Source: Eledone cirrhosa (Eukaryota). Taken from it: a stretch of DNA of 64,000 nucleotides. The notes under the pieces are model-generated. The model had not been told where the DNA came from, did not search any database, and saw nothing but the letters and a program-made list of their open reading frames with translations. The stretch lies in contig OZ024742.1 in NCBI GenBank assembly GCA_964016885.1, positions 309,194,001 to 309,258,000 on the forward strand. Reading direction: 5' to 3'. Positions 12,522 through 25,523 of the stretch are shown piece by piece; position 1 is the stretch's first letter, and every line of letters begins with the position of its first letter. The position numbers and the translations under genes were made by a program.

Positions 12522-14234
12522 CTTGTCACTGGTGCAGCACTGTAACTATTACAAAGGACACTTCATGCTTTAAAACCCAAACACAGAATTGTAAAGGAAT
12601 GTTAAACAACTGACGGGTGCTTTGTTAATTTGCAGTGGTGATATTGAACCCCCACCCCGTTTTATAAGCACCTACTCAACATAGAAAGATATCTCAACCA
12701 CTTGACATCTTTAAAAGTGAGATAAGAGCACACAGTAGAGAGAGAGAGAGTAAGCTGTACAACAGATAACCCTTTTAGCAGAATATATTCAAGACACTTC
12801 CTGCAGATGGAAAGGAATTATTAAGAATGAAAATGTGTTGGATCTATGCCAAATAATGAAAAATAACTTTTATATTCAAGACGAGTCAGGTTTTACATAC
12901 TGATAAATAGGTAGCAATTAAATTCTTGATGTTAAAAATACATTGGGGTTTTTGGGGGTTTTTTTCAAAATACTTCATAATCCTTAAAATTTATGATAAT
13001 ATTTTAGAAAATCTTTAAATAATTTTTTTTCAAAATATTTGAAATAGCAAAAGAATATTTAAAGAGAATAATTATTCACGTTTCATTTCTAAACAATCAA
13101 ATGTATTCAGATACATTTTAGGGGGAAATAATATTTTTCAAATTTCCTCCTGCCAAAATATAAACATTTGTACATTTAATAAAAACAAAATAAAACATGG
13201 AATCTTATCCATTTTATAATTAAAAGATTTCTGAAACAAATTATTTTAAAAATATGTCAAACCCATGCCAGCATTTAAAAGCGAATGTAAAATGATGATG
13301 TGCTTTTAATCAGGGACATAATTTTAAGTGCTTCAACTTTCAGGTAATTCATTTTGGAAACTTTAACATTATATTATTATGTAGAATACAACAGGAAGAG
13401 ACAAATTCAATCTGTATAATCGGAATGTGTATTGATTCTACATGTTGTGGCTTGTTCTAAGTGCTATCAGGTTTTATCTTGTTCATCCATTTCTTGAATA
13501 TTACAAACAAACAGTAATAATGACCATAACACAAATACAAGATCTTTAACTATAGAATCTAATTATAAAGCAATTGTTGGACAGGAAATAAAAAAAATAA
13601 TAAACGATAAAAAGAATTGAGTAAAAATAAGACTGGAATGGTTTTTTTTATTGACTATAAAAATATTTAGGATCCAGAACAGAGGCTTTTGAGGACTTTA
13701 GTTAACAAGAACAAAATTAAATAAAAAAAGATTTGAGAAATATCTCATATTATGAAATGGCTTATTGTTACTAAGATGCTAAATATCCAGTTTACTGACC
13801 TCATCTTTGGAGCATAGATTTATAATTTGTGAAGGTGCATGGCCTCACAGACAGAGTATTTGTCTAACAATTCTATATCTGTGGGTTCAATCCCAGTATT
13901 GGGTAGCACATTGTGTTATTTAATGTTGTTCCAGTTCACTCAGCTTAAAATGAGTACCAGCAGCAAGTGGGGTTAACTTTGCAATGGACAGGCAAACCAC
14001 AATAATCTTCAGCCTTTGTACAACATAGAAAATCATCATCATTTAATGTCTGTTTTCTCTGCTAGCAATAGTTGGATGGGTCTTCACAAGCTAAGTCAGT
14101 ACTTAATCAGAGCTACTGATATCTCAGATGTTCCTGCATATTACAGCATGTACTGGGTGCAATTATCATGGCACCAGCACTAGGGAACTTAATATGCATT
14201 TGACATAAAATATAATCATAATTTTCAGTTATTA

Positions 14235-14398
14235 CAGACATGGGCAACCTTTTTCGAGCAGTGGGCCGCATAGGGTGTGGCTCTTCATAAGGTGGGTCAC
14301 ACTACCAAAAAATTCAACGCAATTTTGAAATTAAGCATACCATTCAGAAAGCCAAATGGTCCACATGTGGCTCATGGGCCACAGTTTGCCCATGACTG
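14235..14398. mobile_element. hAT (Charlie-like) MITE
   Basis: TIR cagacatgggcaa / ttgcccatgactg. Degenerate 8-bp TSD agttatta / ttctatta with central TA. Confidence 0.7.
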
Positions 14399-15078
14399 TT
14401 CTATTATCTAAATCACAGGTTCTCAACTTATTTAGGCCAAACACCACCTTTTGTCCCTCGAAATCACAAAATGCCCCCTACCCTATTTTTCCATTTTTCA
14501 ATATACTACTGATTTTGATATCAGTAGATTACTAAAAAATTGATTAACAATATTCCAAAGGTACTATTGCAGGCAGCTGAGAGTATAAATACATTCCTTG
14601 AAAGGAAATATATAAATTTCAAAAAAAGGAACATAAATGTTCTTTTTTATGAATAAAGACCAGTTGAATTTGTTATATTCCCACCAGGCGATACCAACTA
14701 TTTTGAACATTTATACAAGAGCAACTCTGTCTATCCAAAGAGTGCTCTTATCTGGAAGAAAGTGGCAATTATATCATTTCAAAGCTTTCCAATTTTCCCT
14801 TTAATGAAACGGACAGAATAAATGTTGATATCTAACTTGATGTCCCCTCTGCTTTGTGAGCTTATAGACCACGGAAGAGGGTTTTCATGACCACGCAGGA
14901 GGGTATATTTATTAGTAAATGGTAAAATATATACAACAAATGAGTAAGTGAATTGTAGTAGATGGTTTCCAGTCCAGTCAGACTGCAACTACAAATAAAA
15001 CAAATTGTTAGTTTGCTTTGTAACAATAGCATATCCAAGTTTTCGGATAAATCAACTTACTTTAACTTTGACCTCATT

Positions 15079-16113
15079 TCAATGGGACCCTTGAACTTTA
15101 TGGAGTCTAGCTAACTCTTTGATGTCAGGCTGGATTTTAATAAGATGTAGCCGGAGATCTCCACGTGTAATTACATTGTAGTGGTTGCGAGCCATACTGT
15201 ACAGTCTGGAAACAGCACCAAACCTCCTCTTGACTAAGTATGAGCTTGGAAAAGGCAGAGAAAATCTCTTAGCCTCTGCATGTAGGTGTGGAAATCGACA
15301 CTGAATTTCCTCTTGCATCCAAAAAAGGGGTTCACCTATTTTGATCATGTCATCTGCTTGAAGTTCAATGAATTCTTCCTGAAATATAACGTCCAAATCA
15401 TCAACATTAGCTATGAAAGGATCTGCTACCCACATTGGGATGTCCATTGGCAAAAGGTCAACAAACCGTTTTCTCATGTCTTATGACGCACGTAGGTGAG
15501 CGGTATAAATTTGGAACACGGAGGTGAGCGGTATAAATTTTGAACATTGGCGACACTAGGAAAATTATAAAATTCCCGTCAACAAAGATTCCTTTCAATG
15601 ACATTCAATTTGGCGAGGAATGTTTTTCACAGAATTCCTTACTTTAACCAAGGTGATCTTCTTCCCCTGCAAAGCCAAAATGACGCTATTGCATTAGTCG
15701 ACGATGTCGGTGAGGTAGGCGCAGTTTTGCCTCACATCGAGGGTTTTCTTGTACAGTTCTGTGTTGCGTCCTCGCAGAAACTCAATGATAGAGTCGAACA
15801 GTTCAAAGAAGTGAGTAAGGCACTTGCTCTTTGAAAGCCACCTCACTTCATTATGAAGGAGCAACTTGACAAATTCTTCGTCATTATCTTGGCACAGTTG
15901 CCGGAAAATTCGTTCATTGAGGGAATGCCATTTGATAAAATTGATGACATCAAGGGCCACCTGCAAGGACTTGCTCAGCGGCTTACTGAGTTTCTTCGCA
16001 GCCAAGTGTTGTCGATGAATGACACAATGAACAACAAATACAGATAGATTTTCTCTCTTCAGAAGAGTGACGAAATCCTTATGTTGGCCGACTATTGCTC
16101 TTGCGTCGTCCAT
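15079..16113 (-). pseudogene. hAT Buster-family transposase C-terminal half (ZBED5/ZBED8/SCAND3-like), disrupted
   Basis: Motifs HCVIHRQHL (CxxH), LLLHNEVRWLS, PFPSSYLVKRRF (catalytic E position altered) and RGDLRLHL...QPDI...QGSH*. Confidence 0.88.
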
Positions 16114-16118
16114 AGCAC

Positions 16119-16640
16119 ATGATGCAATGTGTGTTGTATTTGGTCCTAGATGTATGTATTACCTGCCTGTGTGTTGTAGGTAGTCCTAGATGTATGTATT
16201 ACCTGCTTATGTATTGCATGTGGTACCAGCTGTATGTATTACCTGCTTGTGTGTTGTATGTGGTCCTAGATGTGTGTATTACCTCCTTATCTGTTGTATG
16301 TATTACCTGATTATGTGTTGTATGTGGTCCTAGATGTTTGTATTACCTGGTTATGTGTTGTATGTGGTCCTAGGTGTTTGTATTACCTGCTTATGTGTTG
16401 TATGTGGTCCTAAATGTATGTATTACCTGCTTGTGTGTTGTATGTGGTCCTAGATGTATGTATTACCTGATTATGTGTTGTATGTGGTCCTAGATGTTTG
16501 TATTACCTGATTATGTGTTGTATGTGGTCCTAGGTGTTTGTATTACCTGCTTATATGTTGTATGTGGTCCTAAATGTATGTATTACCTGCTTGTGTGTTG
16601 TATGTGGTCCTAGATGTGTGTGCTACCCGCTTCTGTGTTT
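16119..16640. repeat. 40-bp minisatellite inside the hAT element
   Basis: Unit tgtgttgtatgtggtcctagatgtatgtattacctgctta, about 13 copies. Confidence 0.92.
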
Positions 16641-17098
16641 TTATTTTTTATTTTTATTTGTAATATTTATACAATAGGGAATAAAATAGATCTACATAGT
16701 GTTAACTCGTTACGGTTGAGTCAATAATTCCAGACATGAAATACATTGTTATCGGTGAAGGAAAGATAAGATTCTAACTGGCTGCACTCGAAGTGTCCTT
16801 GACCCAGTTGACTGTGGGTTTTTCCATTGTTAGGATCGCAATTGCCAGTTAATGTCTAGATACGCCTGCACACCTGCTCACAGCAGCGGTCAGACCATAG
16901 ATATGTCTCATTCAAATGCATTCACACTGGCTGTCTCAAAGACATACAAATATGGCTTATAAAACTTACCAAAGTAAAGAGCCTTCCAGTAGCCCTCAAA
17001 GCTCCAAACACCCCCCTAACGCCCCCCGGGGGTGCATATGCCCCCCGTTGAGAACCTTTGATCTAAATGAAAAGTAGATAAAAGACAAAATATGATAA

Positions 17099-17256
17099 TC
17101 TACTTATATATATAACCAGTAATTTCTCTGTCTGTCTGTCCGACAGTGGAGTCCCGTGCGTAGAGAGAGAGTGAAAGAAAGAGACTACGAGAGGGGGATA
17201 GCGGGAGGGGGAGAGAGAGAGTGAATAGACGCTAAAACACGTGCTATAGAAACATT
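17099..17256 (+). mobile_element. Non-autonomous Helitron 5' fragment
   Basis: A|TC start tctacttatatatataaccag followed by (CTGT)n. Homologous to 18054-18360. Confidence 0.65.
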
Positions 17257-18053
17257 ACCTTCCCCTCTCTACTGACTTTGGTCACTGAGGCCGAGGGAAT
17301 CGCTGGTTGCTATAGAGACACCTTGCACAAGCCAGAAGTAACCAGTTCGAGGCGGTTCTGACTTGACACCATTTGAAGAAGGTTGCCATTGAATTTGTGG
17401 TTGTTGCTGCTGATAAGGACCATTTGAAGGTTGCTGCTGATGAGGTAATTTATTAATCAGATTGCACAGTTCCATAACCTACGTTTGATTTGTTCAATTT
17501 TTTTTTATTTCTTATTGAAAAAATATAAATAATAAAATAAGGTTAGAAATTTAAATACAATTAAATACGATTTAATTTCCATTTCCAGAAGCCAATGTCC
17601 AGTGTTCAATTTCATGAAAAAATTGGAAATAATTCAAAAAAATGAAGTTTAACTTTTGAACATTTGTTTTGACAATAAAAAATATTTCCTTATTCACACC
17701 TAATGGCATGATTAAAATTTCATAGGAATATTTTTTTCTAACCGCCAGTTATTTAAATATTATTAAAAATAGATTTTTTTTTAAAAAGAATGGAAGATTT
17801 TGTGGATTTTTTTACCACCTTCCAAGCCTTAAACACTAATTCTCGCGAATTTGTGTTTTGTAATGACCCTCAGGACGCTGATATTGTTGATTCCAATAGT
17901 GCCTGGTATTCGAATATGTTAGTATACAATTTTTTGAATAAAATTAAGGTGCAATTAGAGCTGCCAAACAAAATTTTTTTCGGCTTCGGCCCATATTATA
18001 TATATATATAATGGGGATGATGATGATATACATAGTTACATATGTATATGTAA

Positions 18054-18382
18054 TCTCCTTATAATATATAACCAGCAATTTCTCTGTCTGTCTGTCCGAC
18101 AGTGGAAACACATGCGTGCGAATGTTTTTTTGCACACGCGTAGAGAGAGAGAGTGAGAGTGAAAGAAAGAGAAGACTACGAGAGGGGGATAGCGGGAGGG
18201 AGAGAGAGAGAGAGTGAATAGACGCTAAAACACGTGCGCGCGTGCGAATGTTTTTTGCGCACGCGTAGATAGAGAGTGAGAGTGAAGGAAAGAGACAGAC
18301 TACAAGAGGGGGATAGCGGGAGGGAGAGAGGGGGGAATTGAGGAGTGCTACAGAAACATATATACATTTCTGTGTGTGTGTA

Positions 18383-18415
<33 letters not shown>

Positions 18416-19498
18416 GAAATATATATATATATACACACAGAAATATATCTACATTTCTGTGTGTGTAATATATATATATATATACACACAGAAATATATA
18501 TACATTTCTGTGTGTGTAATATATATATAGGGTAAGAACGGGATGGAAGAAGTTTAGGGAACTACTACCACTGCTAGCTGCAAAAGGCTTCTCCCTCAGA
18601 ATGAAAGGCAGACTGTATGATGCGTGTATCCGAACAGCGATGTTGCATGGTAGTGAGACCTGGGCGCTGAAGGTGGAAGACTAACGTAGATTAGAGAGAA
18701 ACGAAGCCTGCATGCTCCGATGGATGTGTAACAGTAATATACGTGAACGACAAAGCATAAATGAATTGAGAGAGAGACTGAGCATAAGAGGAATCAAATG
18801 CTGCGTGCAGGAGAGGCGGTTACGCTGGTATGGACATGTGATGCGTATGAAGGATGACAGCTGCATAAAAAGGTGCAGAGCACTAGAAGTTGATGGAAAC
18901 CGCGGAGTGGGAGACCCAAGATGACTTGGGATGAGGTGATAAAAGCCGACCTTACCCAACTACACCTCTCAAAGTCAATGACACATGACCGTGACTTCTG
19001 GCGTCACGCAGTAATACAGGGTACCCGACCTCCCATGGGTACATGCTGAAGCATATAAACAATATGCCCCCCCCCCCCCCACCGCAAGGTGGTCGTGGAG
19101 GTGCCACGGCAAAAAAGCACCCAGCCCACACTGTAAAGTGGACGTGTAGGCGCCACGAAAAAGCACCCAGCACTCACTGTAAATGAGGTTGGTGTTAGGA
19201 AGGGCATCCAGCTGTAGAAATCAAGCCAGATCAGTTCCTGTATGAGCAAGGCATGGTCAGCCGACCAGACACTGCCCACAACAGGACAACCCGTCTAACC
19301 CATGCTAGCGTGGAAGAACGGACGTAAAACGGTGATGATGATGATGATGATGATATATATATATACACACACAGAAATATATATACATTTCTGTGTGTGT
19401 AATATATATATATATACACACAAATATATATACATTTCTGTGTGTGTAATATATATATATACTAGCAGAAAACCATCCGGTGGGTGGTTTTCTGCTAG
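18054..19498 (+). mobile_element. Non-autonomous Helitron interrupted by an RTE insertion
   Basis: A|TC start and (CTGT)n, with a 3' hairpin (19461-19499) ending CTAG|T. Confidence 0.65.
18529..19354 (+). mobile_element. 5'-truncated RTE LINE (ORF C-terminus plus 3'UTR)
   Basis: Translates RTGWKKFRELLPLL..LYDACIRTAMLHGSETW..MLRWMC..RLRWYGHVMR, closely matching the 53595-55847 ORF. Has a (GAT)n tail and is inserted in a TA-rich repeat. Confidence 0.92.
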
Positions 19499-20416
19499 TC
19501 TATATATATATAAAATTGAGGATGTCTGTCTGTGTGTGAGTTTGAATCCCTAAAACTCGAGAAACACCCAACCGACTGTTTTCAAACTTTACACATGTAA
19601 TACTTATGTTTCAGGGAGTGTTCTGAGCAAAAAAGATTTCAAATTTTCAATGCCCTAGGGACCACATTAGGCGATTTAGCGATCTCTCTCTATAATTCTT
19701 AGTCTTTCTCTTTTTAGATAGATACATACATATAACGTCGCACCCTTATAATATCTGTCTGTATGTCTGCCTGTCTGCATTATGTCACTTCCCTGAGGAT
19801 GTCTGTCTCTGTGTGTGTGTCTGTGAGTTTGAATCCCTAAAACTCGAGAAATACCCAACCAACTTTTTTCAAACTTTACATGTGTATTACTTATGTTTCA
19901 AGGAGTGTTATGCACATAAAAAAAATGTTGATCTCCTAGGGCCCGCATTAGGTGAAAAACTGCGTTTTTTTCAGGTTTTTAGGGGTTTTTGAGGCGTTAC
20001 GTCAAACCCATTTCCTTGAAATTGTGACTATGTATTAGTCAGTCTCTTCCTCATACCGTGAGCAAAGAAAATCCAACTTTTTTATGGCCTAGGGCCCGCA
20101 TTAGGTGAAAAACTTCATTTTTTCAGCTTTTTAGGGCTATTTTGAGGCGTTACGTCTAGCCAATTTTCCCGAAATTTCAAGGCATATTATGCACATAAAA
20201 AAAATTCATTTTCTTGATCCCCTAGGGCCCGCATTAGGTGAAAACCTACATTTTCCTGCTTCATCAAGTAAAATCTTAAAGATTATCCAGCCATCAGAGT
20301 ATTCGGTTTATTTTCTTTACATATTGTCCAGGCATGCAGTTTTTCCACGACTAGGTCTGTTGGCGGCCCGCGTTCAAAAATACCTTATCCCATGCAACGC
20401 CGGGTACCACTGCTAG
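19499..20416 (+). mobile_element. Non-autonomous Helitron, complete ends
   Basis: 5' TCtatatatataaaattgaggatgtctgtctgtg and 3' cccatgcaacgccgggtaccactgCTAG|T hairpin terminus. Internal duplications include tagggcccgcattaggtgaaaa x3. Confidence 0.8.
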
Positions 20417-22469
20417 TAGTCTGATAAATTTATACAACTCTAGATCAAATTGAAATGGCCATAATGTTTCCAAACAGACTTTATTATCAATAGCCACGAA
20501 GAAGATACAATGATTGTGAGGTTAAATTGATGGATGTTAGGTATGAGTTATGGGTACAGAACATATCTCATGGTTCAGAAATTTGCTTTGCAACCACATG
20601 ATTCTAGGTTTAATCATACAGCATGGCACCATAAACAAGGACAAGTATCTTCAACCATAGCCTCCGTTAAACCAATATCTTCTCAGTGAAATTGTGTATA
20701 TATGTGTATGTGTGCATGTGTGTTTTGAAAAACTAGCAATGAAGTTGGTTTCAGATTTTGTTCTGTATCCAGTTAAAAAGTCATTTGTTACTCTTACCAT
20801 TAGAAATGCAGTGAACCAGCAACTGGCCCGTGGGAAACCTGTGGGAAACTTATAACCAACGGTGCTATTGTCCACAAATTGAAATAAAAGAAGTTAAAAT
20901 AAATATAACACATAAATCAGATGACCCCAAAGAACAGTAATATCGATTTTAAAAAAACAAAAAAAAACATCACTAAAGTTTAGATTTTTAATTTACTTGT
21001 GCCACATTCTTGATAATAACATTGATTACTCAGCTGCTGCTCATTTAACTAATTGCAGTTCATAGTGAAGGTCTATAAGAACCAGTATATCAAGTTAGGG
21101 TCTGAAGAGCCAACAAAGACTTGTGAATGACTATCCAATTACCCCCACATGCACACCCACACACTAAAAAAAATGTGGAATCTTGCAATGTGTGTGAGTG
21201 TATATCATTATCATCATCACTGTTTAACAACTATGTTCCATGCTTGCATGGGTTAAACAGGTTGTTACATTATGAGGCTAGCTAGGTCATGTGGCCACAT
21301 CTTGCTCATACAGATCTGTTTCTAGCTTGGTTTCTATGACTGGATGCTCTTCTTAATGCCAACCACATTACTGCATGTACTGGGAGCTTTTTCTTTTTTG
21401 TAGCACCACCACTACTACTACTACTTTAAAAAGTGGACTGGGTGCATTTTTGTCATATGTATATATCTACACACACACACCTGCCAAGATTCCCCACAGT
21501 TTCTGTCTATCAAATTCTGTTGAGGACATCTGCCCAAGATACCACACTGTTAAATTGAACCTGAAACCATGTGGTTGCAAAGAGAAATTCTTAATTCTAC
21601 AGCTACATCTACACCTATTATTATAACAGCTATGTTTGCATCTAGTATTACCAACTACATTACTGTGACAATACATTAAAAGATTAAGAGAATGTGATAA
21701 ACAAAAATGAATACATTGTAGACCACATAACAGATAATCTAAAACCATAAAGGATTATAGTTCCTTGAATTTCTAACAATGAGAGACATTAGGCAAAAAT
21801 ATTTATCAAATTAGATTAAATACCTAACAATTTAGATTACATCTGATGCTCTTTTCTACCTATTGGGGATGGGATAAAGACAGACATTTAAAAAAATTAA
21901 AAATTACATTTATAATACTGAATAATTTATAATCAACAAAGTGTGAAAATGGAATTCCGAAGTGGTTTAATTCAAAGTTAAACTACTCATACAGATGAAG
22001 TAGATTATTGATGGTTTATTTTAGAAACTGGTATAAACAATGTTGCAGCACTCAAGAAAACAAATATCACAGACTATATTAAAGAGATTCATCATCATCA
22101 ACATCATTTAATGTCCACTTTCCCTGCTAACAAGGGATGGATGGGTGCACATAGGCCGAGTGAGTACTGAAGTTGGGCTACTGACCTCCCATATGATCAT
22201 ATCGTGTATAGAGGAGAAGTTGTCATGTCTTTTGACACAAACTGAAGGATCCTCCTAATCCCTTGTTTGGCAAGGTTTCTACGGCTGGATGCCGTAGAAA
22301 GCTTGCCAACCTCTTTACAACATGTACTGGTGCTTTTCTTGTAGTATACAAAACAGAACATGCATTAACCCATTAATAACCAATTGAACAAAGATTAATT
22401 ATATTTAATTAATCATAATTAATTATATTTAGCATTTACATTATTCTATAAAATGTACACAATGCAGAT

Positions 22470-23215
22470 CTTAGGTACACAAGAGATGTGGGATGGTAGG
22501 CAAACTAACAGGTAGGGAAAACTATATATGCAGTAGATATACAGGGAAATTTGAGAGTAGAAGTCGCAGTGATAGACACATTTTTCAAATGCAGGTAGGA
22601 CCTATAGAGGTGGTTAATAGCTTCCGATACCTAGATGATCAGATTAGTAAGGGAGAAGGGTGCTCCGAGGCCATAGTATCCAGAATAAGGATGGGTTGGA
22701 AGAAGTTTAGGGAGCTGCTTTCTCTGTTGACAAAGAAGGGTTTCTCCCTATGAACGAAAGGCCGGTTATATGCCTGTATGAGATGCACGATGCTGCATAG
22801 TGAGACATGGGCAACAACTGTGGAAGATATGTGATGGCTGGAGAGAAATGAAGCAAGCATGCTCTGTTGGATGTGCAATGTCAATGTGCGTTAATGACCA
22901 AGCATAGACGAGTTGAAAGAGAAACTGTGTATAAGAGGGATAGGCTGTAGTGTGCAGGAGAGAAGACTGCATTGGCATGGACATGTGATGCGCATGGAGG
23001 ATGACCACTGAGTAAAGAAGTGCCAAGAAATCCCAGTACAAGGAAAACACAGTCGAGGAAGACACAGTTGAGGAAGACACAGTTGAGGAAGACACAGTTG
23101 AGGAAGACCATAAAAATCATGAGCGGAGGTGGTGAGAGCAGACCTCAGAAGCTCATGGAGGAGATTACAAAGGACCGCGACGAATGGAGAGCTGCTATGC
23201 TTAATAGGTAACATT
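22470..23215 (+). pseudogene. Degenerate RTE LINE 3' fragment
   Basis: IEVVNSFRYL..SRIRMGWKKFRELLSLL..KGFSL, and a 15-bp tandem gaggaagacacagtt at 23045-23108. Confidence 0.85.
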
Positions 23216-23607
23216 AGGTCTGAAGCACATGATTTTGAAGATGATTTAACCATAATAGTGATTTCTAGTTTAGGCAGAAGGTCAGTAATTTGAGGTGAGG
23301 GGAAAGTTGATTACATCAACCCCAGTTCTTTACTGGTACTTTAACCACAATAACCACAACACTAACCAAAATAACGACAATAATAACCATAATAATTACA
23401 ATACTAAATCAAATACTTAAACAGTAAACACCGATGTATGTTAGCAAGTGGTGTATGTTATTGGTTAACTGAGTGTGAGGTAAAAATGTTGAAGGAAGAT
23501 AAATATCATTAATATGAATAAATAAAAATGACATAGTCGTTAAAGGTTTGAAAGAAATATGAACTACAATCTTATAATTATTATGTTGTAGTATGAAGAT
23601 ATTTACA

Positions 23608-25523
23608 CTAGCTGAGGTACCCGGCTTCGCCCGGGAGAACAGTTAAGAGAAGATAGATAAAAGAAAACAACTGTATTGGATGTATTGTCTGGTTTACAGT
23701 GAGGTGTGACCATAATGTGTGTGTGTGTGTGAGAGACATAAAAAAAAAACAATCATAAAACTTACCTATTAGGTTGGGGGAGTAAACTGCCGATTAAATG
23801 GTAGCATTGGCTATGGATTTTAAATGTGAAATAACCATAGTCAGTATGATCTTTTTCAGCTCCAAAGAACGTCATCTGAAAGGCAGCAATATACTGCATA
23901 ACGTTGCTTCTGAAGTGTTTAACATTGTTAGTACGGTCTGTAAGCAGTATATAGATAAAAGCTGTAGGGTCCTCTATCAGTGGAAGTCTGACCTTTCCTC
24001 CAAAGCAACACATGCCAAGTATAATCGCGACTTTAGGATCATCATCTTCACCATTTTACATCCATTCTTTCATGCTAGCATGAGTTAGACGGGTTCTCCT
24101 GTTGTGGGCAGTGTCCGGTCAGCTGACCTTGTCTTACTCACACTGGAACTGATTCTGGCTTGATTTCTATAGCTGGATGCCCTTCCTCACACCAACCTCA
24201 TTTACAGTGAGTGGTGGGTGCTTTTTTTTCCATGGCACCTACACATCCACTTTACAGTGTGGGCTGGGTGCTTTTTTTGCCGTGGCACCTCCACGACCAC
24301 TTTGCAGTGGGGGGGAGGGCATATTATCTATATGCTTCAGCTTCGACTTGTACCCGTGGGAAGTCGGGTCTTCTGTATTACTGTGACACCAGAGGTCATG
24401 GTCGTGTGTCATTGCCTTTGAGAGGTGCAATTGGGTAAGGTCGACTTTTAATCACCTGATCCCAGGTCTTCTTGGGTCTCCCCACTCCACGGCTTCCAAC
24501 AACTTCTAGTGCACCTTTTTATGCAGCTGTCATCCTTCATACACATCATATGTCCATACCAACGCAACCTCCTCTCCTGTACACAGCATTTGATTCCTCT
24601 TATGCTCAGTCTCTCTCTCAATTCTTTTATGCTTTGCCGTTCGCGTATATTACTTATAATTCTTCAATGGATTATATGAAAACACAGCTCTTAGCCAGTT
24701 TATTCTGCCTTGAAGAGTCATTTGTGATCATCGAGTTTGCATTGCAACTGTCATTGCCTCTTGGTGATTTTCATATTGAACCTGTTTGTTGTGATAGTCT
24801 TTCTTCTTGCTTTAATCTTCCTGTTTCCCGTCTCAGGTTCTGTATACTTTCAGAAAATTGTGATCGCCTTTTTTGTTGTCTTAACCTTTCTGTTTCCCAT
24901 CTCATATTCTGCTGAATGTCACAATGTTGACGTATCCCTTTATTCCCAAGTCTTTTTTATATTGTTCGTGAATTTCTCTTTCGCTTGAAGATTTCAACCA
25001 TTTGGCAGACATTGTAACTCCCCCCAATAGATGAGCGGTGTTTTGAGGACATGATGAAATTAATTTTCTTGGAAAATATCGTGAAAAAAACAAACAATGC
25101 AAAGCAATATAAAAAAAAAAAAAATAAATGCAAATAGCAGCCTTAGAGAATCGGTTGACACTGTCATCTGAATTAGGTCAATAATAACATGACACTATCC
25201 TCAAAAAGCTAAATTAATATACACCATAGATTAATTTCAAATAGTATCAATTTTTTCTTTGTTCTGTAAAATCAAAGACTAGTGTAAAACGACTTTATAA
25301 AAGCTAGCGCAATATTGTTAAACCTTCAACGGATACTTTGATCTATAGGTTAAGCCAATTCTAGACTTTTGTGGGACGTCATACTCATTCTCTCTCTGCT
25401 TCTCCCTCTGTGTGTCTCTATCTTTAGGTGTGTGTGTGTGTGTGTGTGCGTGTGTGCGTGTGCATAGTTTTCATGTGATTAAACCAAACAACCAACCAAT
25501 AAACATCTCTCTTTTATATTATA
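23608..25523 (-). mobile_element. Helitron deletion derivative with Rep N-terminal remnant, interrupted by RTE
   Basis: 3' end cccgggcgaagccgggtacctcagCTAG|T on minus. ORF 23762-24013 CCFGGKVRLP..FRSNVMQYIAAFQMTFFG..FKIHSQCYHLIGSLLP matches the Helitron RepHel N-terminal motif set. Confidence 0.85.
24038..24654 (-). mobile_element. 5'-truncated RTE LINE nested in Helitron
   Basis: Reverse complement of the 18730-19354 type sequence, including the (GAT)n tail. Confidence 0.88.

Larger units (their letters stand above)
14414..17060 (-). mobile_element. hAT Buster/Charlie-type DNA transposon, internally deleted
   Basis: TIR cacaggttctcaac / gttgagaacctttg and perfect 8-bp TSD ATCTAAAT (14406-14413, 17061-17068; nnnTAnnn). 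Transposase remnants lie inside. Confidence 0.93.

Noticed and set aside
16119-16640. Regular repeats that could be mistaken for a CRISPR array (also 6050-6535, 36768-37052, 43745-43900)
   Set aside because: Head-to-tail units with no unique spacers, in a eukaryotic context with no cas genes.
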